Source of the DNA: an uncultured virus (IMG/VR IMGVR_UViG_3300037189_010778)
Taxonomy: Duplodnaviria > Heunggongvirae > Uroviricota > Caudoviricetes
Direction: 5' to 3' (one strand)
Length of the DNA: 64,000 nucleotides
IMG/VR virus record: IMGVR_UViG_3300037189_010778
Coordinates: 1-64,000 of that record
The notes beneath the pieces are model-generated. The model was not told the origin of the DNA and ran no database searches. It saw only the letters and a list, made by a program, of their open reading frames with translations. A program made the translations under genes and the position numbers. Every line of letters begins with the position of its first letter. Positions within the stretch are counted from its first letter, which is position 1. This document shows positions 50,370 to 59,900 of this stretch, piece by piece.

Positions 50370-50401
50370 ATAATATACCATCTTAAAATTAGATAGCCAA
50401 A
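50370..50401 (-). promoter_or_regulatory. Bacteroidota-type promoter upstream of primase
   Basis: TTTG-N20-TATATTAT. Confidence 0.6.
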
Positions 50402-50838
50402 TCTTTTGGAAAAAATTTTCCTAGTATATTACTATTTACCCATATCTTATCATCAGCTAATACATCGTATTCAAATAGATATTTTGTTTCATAGTAGGTT
50501 AACTCTTTTGAGGACAAGCATAGACGTAACACTACACGTTGTAATTTTTCAGGTGGTATAGATTTAGCCCATTGTTTAACTTCATCAGCTGAGCCGTAAT
50601 ATGTCTTCCAATCTGATTCTTTTATTATTTTTTTCTTAGATGGAATACGGCCACGTTGAGTAGGTAAGGATGCTAATTCTTTCTTACCTAGTTTTTTATT
50701 TGTTGTATGTTTAAATATTTTTTTACCAATATATTGACGACCATTTTCTAGATTAGTTGTCATATAAACGTAACCATAATATTCATCTATATTAAATGTA
50801 GGATCGTTGATTAAATCATCAACTAATAGTGGTTTCAT
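50389..50838 (-). CDS. GIY-YIG endonuclease (T4 EndoII/Seg-like); probable start 50838
   Basis: GYVYMTTNLENGRQYIGKK; ESDWKTYYGS. Confidence 0.8.
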   Translation of the reverse strand: MKPLLVDDLINDPTFNIDEYYGYVYMTTNLENGRQYIGKKIFKHTTNKKLGKKELASLPTQRGRIPSKKKIIKESDWKTYYGSADEVKQWAKSIPPEKLQRVVLRLCLSSKELTYYETKYLFEYDVLADDKIWVNSNILGKFFPKDLAI

Positions 50839-50851
50839 AACTTGTGATATA

Positions 50852-51361
50852 TTACATATAAATATTACCTTCAACACCCGGTGCCATTTGTCTAATTTCT
50901 TCTTCGGTATGTGATTTGGAAAGTGGAGTATTACTTAAAGAAAGATAATCTTTAACTTCTAAATTAGGAGGTAATGATGCGATTAGAGTATCACTTAAAT
51001 GAAGACTCCATCCAACTTTTAAATCAGGAGGTAATGATGTAATTGGGGCACCAATTAAATAAAGATCACCTCCAACATTTAAACCAGGAGGTAATGATTT
51101 AATTGGGGTACCACGTAAATCAAGATTACCTCCAACTTCTAAATCAGAAGGTAATGACATAATTAGAGTATCACGTAAATCAAGATTACCTCCAACTTTT
51201 AAACCAGGAGGTAATGATTTAATTGGAGTATCCATTAAATTAAGATCACCTGTTCCTCCATTTCTTATGTAATCTCTTGCTTGTTGATTGGCTAGTTGGA
51301 GTGGAGTTAATTTAGGTGGGTTAACTCTCATTTCTTTCAGTATGTCAAGTAATTTTATCAT
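50852..51361 (-). CDS. Leucine-rich-repeat-like protein, paralog 3
   Basis: MIKLLDILKE-MRVNPP; five 20-aa repeats xxLxLxxTPIxSLPxxLxVx plus a partial one. Confidence 0.8.
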   Translation of the reverse strand: MIKLLDILKEMRVNPPKLTPLQLANQQARDYIRNGGTGDLNLMDTPIKSLPPGLKVGGNLDLRDTLIMSLPSDLEVGGNLDLRGTPIKSLPPGLNVGGDLYLIGAPITSLPPDLKVGWSLHLSDTLIASLPPNLEVKDYLSLSNTPLSKSHTEEEIRQMAPGVEGNIYM

Positions 51362-51362
51362 G

Positions 51363-51869
51363 TTATATAAATATTGCACTTTTGATACCTGGTGACATTA
51401 ATCTAATTTGGTCTTCTGTATGTGATTTAGCAAGTGGGGTATTATATAAAAAAAGACTACCCCAAACTTCTAAATCAGGAGGTAATGATGTGATTAGTGT
51501 ATTGTGTAAATTAAGATAACTTCCAACTTTTAAGCCAGATGGTAATGATGTGATTGGAGCATTAATTAAAGAAAGACTACCTTCAATTTCTAAATTAGGA
51601 GGCAATGATGTAATAGGAGTATTATCTAAAGAAAGGCTACCTTCAACTTTTAAATCAGGAGGTAATGATGTGATTAAAGTATCATCTAGACTAAGTTTAC
51701 CTCCAACCTTTAAGCCAGAAGGTAATGATTTAATTGGAGTATATGCTAAACCAAGATCACCTATTCCTCCATTCCTTATGTAATCTCTTATTCTATTCTG
51801 AGCTGATTGGAGTGGAGTTAATTTCATATTAACTCTCATTTCATTCAATATATTTATTAGTTTTATCAT
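51363..51869 (-). CDS. Leucine-rich-repeat-like protein, paralog 2
   Basis: MIKLINILNE-MRVN; five repeats plus a partial one. Confidence 0.8.
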   Translation of the reverse strand: MIKLINILNEMRVNMKLTPLQSAQNRIRDYIRNGGIGDLGLAYTPIKSLPSGLKVGGKLSLDDTLITSLPPDLKVEGSLSLDNTPITSLPPNLEIEGSLSLINAPITSLPSGLKVGSYLNLHNTLITSLPPDLEVWGSLFLYNTPLAKSHTEDQIRLMSPGIKSAIFI

Positions 51870-51870
51870 A

Positions 51871-52317
51871 TTATATAAAAATTTCACCTTCAACTCTAGG
51901 TATCATTTGTTTAATTTGTTCTAGGGTGTGTGATTTAGAAAGTGGAGTATTACTTAAACTAAGATAACCTTTAACCTTTAAATCAGAGGGTAATGATGTG
52001 ATTAAAGTATCACTTAAATTAAGATTACCCCCAACTTTTAAACCAGGAGGTAATGATGTAATTGGAGTATAATATAAATAGATATGACCTCCAACTTTTA
52101 GATTAGGAGGTAATGATTTAATTGGTGTATTTTCTAAATCAAGATTACCTCCAACCTTTAAGCCAGAAGGTAATGATCTAATTGGTGTATTTTCTAAATC
52201 AAGATTACCTACTTCCCCATTTTTTATGTAATCTCTTATTCTATTTTGAGCTAATTGAAGTGGAGTTAATTGTGTATTAACTTTCATTTCTTTTAATATG
52301 TCGAGTAGTTTTATCAT
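51871..52317 (-). CDS. Leucine-rich-repeat-like protein, paralog 1
   Basis: MIKLLDILKE-MKVN; four repeats plus a partial one. Confidence 0.8.
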   Translation of the reverse strand: MIKLLDILKEMKVNTQLTPLQLAQNRIRDYIKNGEVGNLDLENTPIRSLPSGLKVGGNLDLENTPIKSLPPNLKVGGHIYLYYTPITSLPPGLKVGGNLNLSDTLITSLPSDLKVKGYLSLSNTPLSKSHTLEQIKQMIPRVEGEIFI

Positions 52318-52318
52318 A

Positions 52319-53239
52319 TTACATATCTATATTTACTAGTATTGTAGTATCTGTAGTAGCACTAGTAGGTAATGGTTGGGATAATTTACCTACAGCAAGT
52401 AAATTTTGCATTTCATCATATAAACCTACTGTTGTTACATATGGTGACCACTGTGAACTTGTTGTATAAGAATATAATGATCCGCTTGTATTTGACTGGA
52501 GTGTAGGATTTAATGTATAATTAAATTCATTTTCTCTGAATGTACATTTATATTGAGTTTCATATATAGTGTAAGATGAAGAGAATGAGCATGTAATATC
52601 AGTAGCATAATATATCTGCCAATAATCTGAAGGAGGGTTAGGTATAATAATCATACCATGTGGGTAAAATATATTTCCTATTATAGTACTGCCTGATCTT
52701 ATATTACCTTCACCGTCGTCTGTAAACAAAAGTATTGTACTTCGATCATCATCATAATATCTAAGACAAAATGAATTAGGTTGAATATAATCACCAAATA
52801 AACGTGAGGGAATAGATATTACATTTATGCTAGCATCAGAATACGTTGGAAAACTCTTAGCAAATGTTAATGTGGTTTGTAGATAATTATCATACATACC
52901 TGGTGATGGAGTAGTACCTACTAAAATATTTCCTTCAGTATTAGCACCAGGTATTAAACTAGATGAGTTAGCTGGATCTCCGTAACTAGAACTTAGATAA
53001 TTTGAGTAATATAGTTGCTGTATAGAATCATATACTAATTCTCGATCATAGGTAGTTATATATCCTGTTGTTGGATTAGAACCAGATATCCATGGGTTTG
53101 AATTTATATTCTCTCCCAAGAATCTGTCTATACCAACTGTTGAAGCAGTCAATCCCGAACCACTAAAGGCAAACGCTTTGTTTACCTCGAATGGTGTCAC
53201 TATGACATCAGATGCTAAAAGTTGTTTGTATGCTATCAT
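52319..53239 (-). CDS. Tail/baseplate-associated structural protein
   Basis: C-terminal YVTTVGLYD...LLAVGKLSQPL, paralogous to next gene. Confidence 0.6.
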   Translation of the reverse strand: MIAYKQLLASDVIVTPFEVNKAFAFSGSGLTASTVGIDRFLGENINSNPWISGSNPTTGYITTYDRELVYDSIQQLYYSNYLSSSYGDPANSSSLIPGANTEGNILVGTTPSPGMYDNYLQTTLTFAKSFPTYSDASINVISIPSRLFGDYIQPNSFCLRYYDDDRSTILLFTDDGEGNIRSGSTIIGNIFYPHGMIIIPNPPSDYWQIYYATDITCSFSSSYTIYETQYKCTFRENEFNYTLNPTLQSNTSGSLYSYTTSSQWSPYVTTVGLYDEMQNLLAVGKLSQPLPTSATTDTTILVNIDM

Positions 53240-53242
53240 TCA

Positions 53243-54286
53243 TTAAAAATCAAGCTTAATCCTCACTAATGCTTCTTTCGTGAAGTTCTTAAGTAATGGT
53301 CTAGATAATTTAGCTACTGCTAATAATTCATTTGTATCGTTATATAATCCAATTGTGGTAATATATGTCTGTGGATTATTAATAAAATAAGGATAAATTA
53401 CTTCACCTGTTGAACCAGATATATACGATGGATTTTCAGAATAGTTGTACTCAGCACTTCTTGGTCTAACAAATACATAATCTGACGTAATTGTTTCTTG
53501 ACTATTAAGTGTAAATAAAGCTGATCCACTTATAGCTCTAAATAAACTAGCATTAGGTGATGTAACTATAGATGGTGATAAACCACTAGCTGATCCACTA
53601 TATTGGAATCCTATACCACCACTTGTAGCGAAATCGGCCAATGCTAATGGATTTAATATGATTGTTCCTATATCTGGTAATAACCAACCGTATGAACCTG
53701 AGTTTTTAGAGTAGCCATCTGCTGTATTTGCAGCTCCTATAGTGGCTTTTGTACCTTGTGAACCAGTAATAAGTTGAAATACTCTACCAGCTTCACAGTA
53801 TTGTACAGCAGAAACATAATTACTATTATCAGTTAATGTTATAGATCCTGAACTACCAGATAATTTTAGAGCCAATGAGCCTAAGAATAAAGATTCTTTA
53901 TATCTTGTTCTATCCATAGATAAAGCATAAAATTGAGATGATATAATTGTACCAAATGTAAAATTGGTATTTTCATCACCTATTACTAAATCTTGCCATT
54001 GACCAAAAATAGTACCTGTTGGAGATTTTCCATTTACAGCGGCGTTATAACATAAACTACCACTACCATCAGCATTACCATAGGCAATAGCAAATTGAAT
54101 AGCAGCAGCGGCATCTGTAGATGCTGTTTGATATACATTTAAGTAAAAATTTCCTGACGAACCAGCAGCTTGTGTTGATGATGTAAAGAATGTAGTTAAC
54201 GTTGGACTACCATTTGACCATAAGGTTGATGATATAGCGTCCGAACTTACTACAAAATCTTCAGGGGCTAAGGGACTAAATGCCAT
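53243..54286 (-). CDS. Tail/baseplate-associated structural protein
   Basis: C-terminal YITTIGLYND..ELLAVAKLSRPL. Confidence 0.6.
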   Translation of the reverse strand: MAFSPLAPEDFVVSSDAISSTLWSNGSPTLTTFFTSSTQAAGSSGNFYLNVYQTASTDAAAAIQFAIAYGNADGSGSLCYNAAVNGKSPTGTIFGQWQDLVIGDENTNFTFGTIISSQFYALSMDRTRYKESLFLGSLALKLSGSSGSITLTDNSNYVSAVQYCEAGRVFQLITGSQGTKATIGAANTADGYSKNSGSYGWLLPDIGTIILNPLALADFATSGGIGFQYSGSASGLSPSIVTSPNASLFRAISGSALFTLNSQETITSDYVFVRPRSAEYNYSENPSYISGSTGEVIYPYFINNPQTYITTIGLYNDTNELLAVAKLSRPLLKNFTKEALVRIKLDF

Positions 54287-54307
54287 AATATTTTATATTT
54301 TTTATTT

Positions 54308-54961
54308 TTATGATACTTTTGTTACAGTTACTGGAATAGATAATCTAGCACCACTATCTCTACCTACTACAGTTAATGTAGTATATAACGCTGTATTAGT
54401 GCCAAATAACGTGTTTACTGTAGTAGCACGTAAGTTTATGGTAGTACCAACTACCGTTTTAGATACACTTGTACCTAATGTTGTAGTGGTGTTTAAAGCG
54501 GTTGCTTGTGGTGTATTAATACCTACACCTTCAAATGTTTGCATTGTTCTAACATCACCTATAGTAGCAGTATAACCACTTGTTTCATATGTATTACCTC
54601 CTAAGTAATTTAATGTTTGTGGTGTGATAGCTAATGAAGCTCCTTGTTTAATTACAATAGCTGTATATCCTAAATCAAGGATAGGCATCTTAGCAGTACC
54701 ACGAGGTAGTGTGATGAGTTTATATTTCATCATCTGGTTTTCTTGAGGAAATGCTTCAAGTAAAGGCATGTTGTCAATTGCCTCACCATAATATGCTGAA
54801 CCAGATGGGTGATTAGGATTATATAAAGTATAATCTATTTCATCATCAGCTAATGCAAATTGTGTTATACGAAATGAACCATCATTTTGTGCCATTAATT
54901 GGCGACCTTTAGTTGTTAGGATGGCGTCTACTGTTACTATACTGTTATTTAAATAGCCCAT
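54308..54961 (-). CDS. Tail/baseplate-associated structural protein
   Basis: ILTTKGR...ITQFALADD; late motif upstream. Confidence 0.6.
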   Translation of the reverse strand: MGYLNNSIVTVDAILTTKGRQLMAQNDGSFRITQFALADDEIDYTLYNPNHPSGSAYYGEAIDNMPLLEAFPQENQMMKYKLITLPRGTAKMPILDLGYTAIVIKQGASLAITPQTLNYLGGNTYETSGYTATIGDVRTMQTFEGVGINTPQATALNTTTTLGTSVSKTVVGTTINLRATTVNTLFGTNTALYTTLTVVGRDSGARLSIPVTVTKVS

Positions 54962-54990
54962 TTTAAATGTTTGTTTATTATAAATATATG

Positions 54991-56964
54991 TTAATTAGGA
55001 TTGTTACCATAAGTTTTAGTGATATAATCTATATTTTCAGTTATTACCTTTTTAGGGTACGGTGATAATATATAACCTGTTCCTATTCCTGCAAAATTTA
55101 GACTTGGAACTCCATATATTGTTAAACCATTAGTTGGTGTGTCTGCTTTAGTTATTAACATACCTGTATTACATATACCTGAATCTGCTCCTACTATTAA
55201 AGGATTAGCACTACCTGTAAACCAATAGTTAACGTCATATACTCCTGATCCTGTTTTTAAGAATATAAAAGCAGTTGAGGATGGTGTAGTAGAAGATGAA
55301 ACATAACTTACTTCAAATGGATAACCATACTGACTTAATTTAGAACCACTAGCTATATATCCTAATCCTGTATTTCCAGGACCAAATAATGATGAATTTC
55401 CACTTCCACTATATAAACTTATAAACCATCTACCACCACTATTAAGACTATTAGACATTTCTGTAATTATATTATTAACTGGTTGTCTTATTCCTATGGT
55501 ATTGTTATATGTTAAATACCCATTATTATCCACAGCAGCTCCGTAAAATCCTACAAGACTTGGGGAATCTATTTTGATATAAGGGACGTTATAAGATGAA
55601 GTTGGATAAAAATATCCCATAGGAGAAGGAGCAGATGATTTATAACCTCTGTCTGTAGAAGTAACATAATATTTAGCGCTTGGTAATCCTAAAGCACCAT
55701 ATGTTATATTTAATTGATTTGGTAAACCACTTACGTTAGAATATTGATATTGATATGCTGTAGAACCAGATGGGAACATTTTAGCTAATAAATCATAATA
55801 TATATCTACTCCGGATTTAATAATAGTAACATCATCTTTAGTTTCACCTACCAAATATATATTACCCATATTTATTCCCCCACCGTTAGCATTTTCAGGA
55901 TAACCTCCTCCTCCCCAATTTACTTCATATATACAACTATCTAAAGATTGTACTATAATATTTCCTGGTACTGGTATACTTGGGGATGTTGCATCTCCAG
56001 GCCAAGAACCAGTAAATCCGTTTATAGATGGTGTTATAAATTGACTAGCACTTGTATAAACATTTATAGCTATAGCATTTTGTTGTTTACCTAAATATCG
56101 TCCACTTATATTAGAAAAATATGAGTAATTCCATGATTGTACTTGAGCTCGTGCTGCTGTACCATTTAGTATGGATACTTGATTTTGGGCTACTATTGGA
56201 CTATTTGTAAAATCTACGTCCATATAGAGTGGACTAATAACATTTACATCAACATTATTTTGTAATACATTACAATCACTGTTGTAAAAATTTTCACCAA
56301 CGTATGGTTCAAGTACTGTTATATCGTATGTTGAGGATTGCGTTGCGAATGATTGAGTGATGAGTATTTTTGAGTTATAGTAATTTGAACTATCATCTAA
56401 TCTAAAACCATAACTATACCCTTCAATAGGAGTAAAAGAACCAGCACGGGTGACATATCCACTTACTGTTGATGGAAAGTATAAATCAAGTACTGAGTTA
56501 CCTATTGTTGCATTTGATGATGTATTATATGGATAAATAGACATTGTCACTACTACATTACTTTGAGACAATGAAAAAGATACATTTAATAGAATATTAG
56601 GTGTATTACCCATATTAAGATAAGTACCATTAAAATATCCTAAAGTATTAGTTCCAGGTTGAATATTATAAACTGCTAATAAACCTCCTCCAGTTGGACC
56701 TCCATCACTTGCTGATACCTTATAATTTAATATTTCTTGATCTGCAGATGATGTAACGTCAGTAGGTACAATAGTATATAGATAATATGTTGGATATTCA
56801 TTTATAGCACCAACATTATATTGTGTAACGTTAGGTACATCTGAGAATTTAATTCTAATATCAGTTAAACTTTGTAACTCAATTGATTGATCTACACTAC
56901 CACTATCTAGTTTAGCAATTTTAATATATTTGACCCCTCTTGTATATGCGTTTGTTTGTGGCAT
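54991..56964 (-). CDS. Virion structural protein (tail/baseplate region)
   Basis: 657 aa, Ser/Gly/Asn/Tyr rich; synteny. Confidence 0.55.
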   Translation of the reverse strand: MPQTNAYTRGVKYIKIAKLDSGSVDQSIELQSLTDIRIKFSDVPNVTQYNVGAINEYPTYYLYTIVPTDVTSSADQEILNYKVSASDGGPTGGGLLAVYNIQPGTNTLGYFNGTYLNMGNTPNILLNVSFSLSQSNVVVTMSIYPYNTSSNATIGNSVLDLYFPSTVSGYVTRAGSFTPIEGYSYGFRLDDSSNYYNSKILITQSFATQSSTYDITVLEPYVGENFYNSDCNVLQNNVDVNVISPLYMDVDFTNSPIVAQNQVSILNGTAARAQVQSWNYSYFSNISGRYLGKQQNAIAINVYTSASQFITPSINGFTGSWPGDATSPSIPVPGNIIVQSLDSCIYEVNWGGGGYPENANGGGINMGNIYLVGETKDDVTIIKSGVDIYYDLLAKMFPSGSTAYQYQYSNVSGLPNQLNITYGALGLPSAKYYVTSTDRGYKSSAPSPMGYFYPTSSYNVPYIKIDSPSLVGFYGAAVDNNGYLTYNNTIGIRQPVNNIITEMSNSLNSGGRWFISLYSGSGNSSLFGPGNTGLGYIASGSKLSQYGYPFEVSYVSSSTTPSSTAFIFLKTGSGVYDVNYWFTGSANPLIVGADSGICNTGMLITKADTPTNGLTIYGVPSLNFAGIGTGYILSPYPKKVITENIDYITKTYGNNPN

Positions 56965-56981
56965 TATTAAATTATTTTATT

Positions 56982-59900
56982 TTATACAACTCCCCCACCT
57001 GTACCAGAACTATAAGCTGGTGTTGTAAGTGGTCCTGTACTTCCTGAATCCCAATATAAATATATTTCTCCTGGGTTTGGTGATGTATTAGGATCTAGGA
57101 ATAGATTAAGTGCGTTATTACTTCCAGATAGTTGTGTTGATAAGTAAAATACTGGTTTGTATTTAGTTTCTATAGTATTAGCATATAAGTAAGGACAATA
57201 ACTTAATTTACCAGTTTCTGCTACTATAACCGAACCACTAAATTCACCGTTGAAAAACTCATTTTGGTTAGATTGTGTAAACGCTACATTCCCAAGTAAA
57301 CTTGGAGTTGTACCACCCCAACTTTGAGTAATATTAATGTACAAATTAGTAGACGCAGTCCCATTAAGTTGAGGTACTACTCCACCAGAACTACCTGTTG
57401 TTTGTTCTATTGGGAATGATTGGTATTGGTTAGATGACGTGTATATTCTTTGTCCATTTAACATTCCAGGTATGCCTCTTATTGAAGCTGTAATAGTAAT
57501 ATCCTCAAATGTATTAGGACTATTCCATGTTATACTTGGATTAGAACCACTACCATATACAGATTGAGTAGTAGTTAAATTTAATTGTGGTGTAGGATAA
57601 CGATTACGTTCTAATAAATGTTGTTTAATTACAACACCAGATGCTAAATCAGTATGAGCAGGAACAAAATCCTGTATCATTTTAAATAGCGAGTTATCAA
57701 AGAATTTGATAAGTCTTACATAATTCCAAATATTATAATTTGAACTATATTTTTGGAAATACAAATCACGTAACGCATCTAACGTTGGATAATGAGTATT
57801 TCTAGATGGTATTTCTCTTGGATCTCCAATATATTCACCAATGTTGAAATACCCAAATGTATCGTTTATATCGTCGTTTATTTCGTTTTGTGGTGAAAAT
57901 GCTACTTCAACATAATCAATATTATTAGTATAAGAACTACTTATAGATGGTTGTTGTTGTATTGATATAAATGGTGATAATACATTAGCGTTAGGGATAT
58001 TACTGTCACTGCTACTGTATGGTAATACTATATTTTTGTTTTGTATCTTCTCAGATATAGCGTTTTGTATACCAGCAGGTACTTGGTCGTAAAAGAATGT
58101 CTCATAATTACTAACAAATGAACCTGATGGGCTTATATATGCTCCATTTTTCCCATATGGTAAAGCTGAATTAAAAGATGATGTGGTAGCCCAAGAACCT
58201 GTTACTCTAGGGTGTATTGATGTGCTGCCTGTGTATAATTCACCTCCTAATGGTAAACGAAATGCTAAATAATTATACCCGTTTCCAACTCCATTACCTT
58301 CAATAGAATATGGATTCATTATATAATCTTTAACACTAGATTCATTTAAATTTATATTCCCATAATAACGTATTTCTTGTAATGAACCAGAAAATTGACT
58401 ATATGTTCTTGAATTATATACTATACTATTTTTAAAAAATGAAGATGTTACTCCTGTTGTCCAATCACTAGGAGTTATTCTGCCTGAAGCTGACGCGTAA
58501 TACCCTAATTGATTTCCATCATATCCATCATATTGTATATTTCCACCATATAAATAAGCATCATTCCCATTAACAATTGCTGTTATAGACCACCACTCTT
58601 CATTTAAAAATGGTAAATATATTGTTAATCCTTCAGCAGGAGTAGATGAAGGATAAAATGTTAATTCTGAATATAAATTGTATAGGTTTGGAATTGAGCC
58701 GTTATATGAACCACTAGCTAGTCCTGAACCAGTATAGTTTAGTACAATGCATGTTTTAGTCCCATCACCTAAATTCCATAATACTTGTTGTGGAGTATTA
58801 AAGATATTGGTAGATGACGATACTTTAAATCTAAATTGTAATACTGTAGGTCTATTACTAGTTGAATTCCATGATGAATCTAATTCCCAATTAGTTTGAA
58901 CAGCTCGAGTAGATACTCCTGGAGATATGTAATTATAGGCATAGTTATACTCATCTTGCCAGTAGTCCCAAGTGTTACTATTTTTATCTTTTCCTCCAAA
59001 CTCATTTATTCTTAATATAGTATCAGGAATACCATATGATGTTATTAAAGCACGTAAACCTTCAGGTGTACCTTTCTTTTTTAGAATATAAGGCAAGTTA
59101 TGATAAATGCGTTTATATGTTTCAGCATTGATATCAAATGTAGGATCTAATGATGCTGTAGATGAGGCAGTAACATAATTGTTTATATACTCTAAAAATG
59201 AACCAGTAGGTACAGGTAAAGAAGTAGTTGTGTAAGGTAAATTATATAAACTACCTGATGGTGTAATACCAAGTATAGCCGAGTATAAATCGTCTGTTGA
59301 AAAATTATTTTGATATATTTTTATACCTAGATCTCTTAAAACATCAGCTACTAAATCTTTAGATATACCATAATTTACTCGATTATCAGCATTATATTTG
59401 TTAGTAACATCTTTAATATAAACCCAAACACTATCAAAGTTTTGACCTACCATATCAACAAATAACATATATTGATCATTAGCATTATCTTCTCTAATAT
59501 ATGATGGTATAGAGTTTACTAAACGATCATTATTATTTGAATCATATAATGATGCTGTCGCTGATTGAGCTGTCAAAAATGCTAAACCAGCAACTGAACC
59601 AGTAGAAGCATTAATATAAGGATATGTTGAATTAGTTTTAGGCCAAGCATTACTACCTGATTCATAATATAAGTAATACTCATAGCCATCAAATCCAGTT
59701 ATTATTTCATCTATTTTATTTAACCATATGTTACTACTAGATGATATATATGGATTTGTAGTACTTGTAATTAAATTAGCATTTGATTGATATTGACCAA
59801 TTAATGATAGTTTATAATAAAAATTTTCTAAACGTGTTTGGGCTGATGAGAAAAATACAAATTCAGAATAATCTGAGTAGTCTATATTAATTTCTAGTCC

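Larger units (their letters stand above)
5756..54987 (-). promoter_or_regulatory. Dispersed putative late-promoter motif ATATTTATA (9-mer; span covers first to last copy)
   Basis: Plus-strand tataaatat begins at 5756, 8851, 10084, 16447, 18378, 19983, 22167, 24959, 25299, 25692, 26418, 39641, 45765, 48635, 50857, 51366, 54979; each lies 4-23 nt upstream of a minus-strand start. One-mismatch variants at 4008, 13157, 20862, 40309, 51874. Confidence 0.7.

Noticed and set aside
50389..50838. GIY-YIG gene as an intron-encoded mobile element
   Set aside because: Free-standing, flanking genes intact, and no separate DNA-binding extension evident
50900..52210. 60-bp repeats as CRISPR or a diversity-generating retroelement
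   Set aside because: They are in-frame coding repeats; no reverse transcriptase or adenine-specific template/variable pair seen in the window
5756..54987. TATAAATA as T4 late promoters firing on the plus strand
   Set aside because: No credible plus-strand genes; the motif is positioned relative to minus-strand starts
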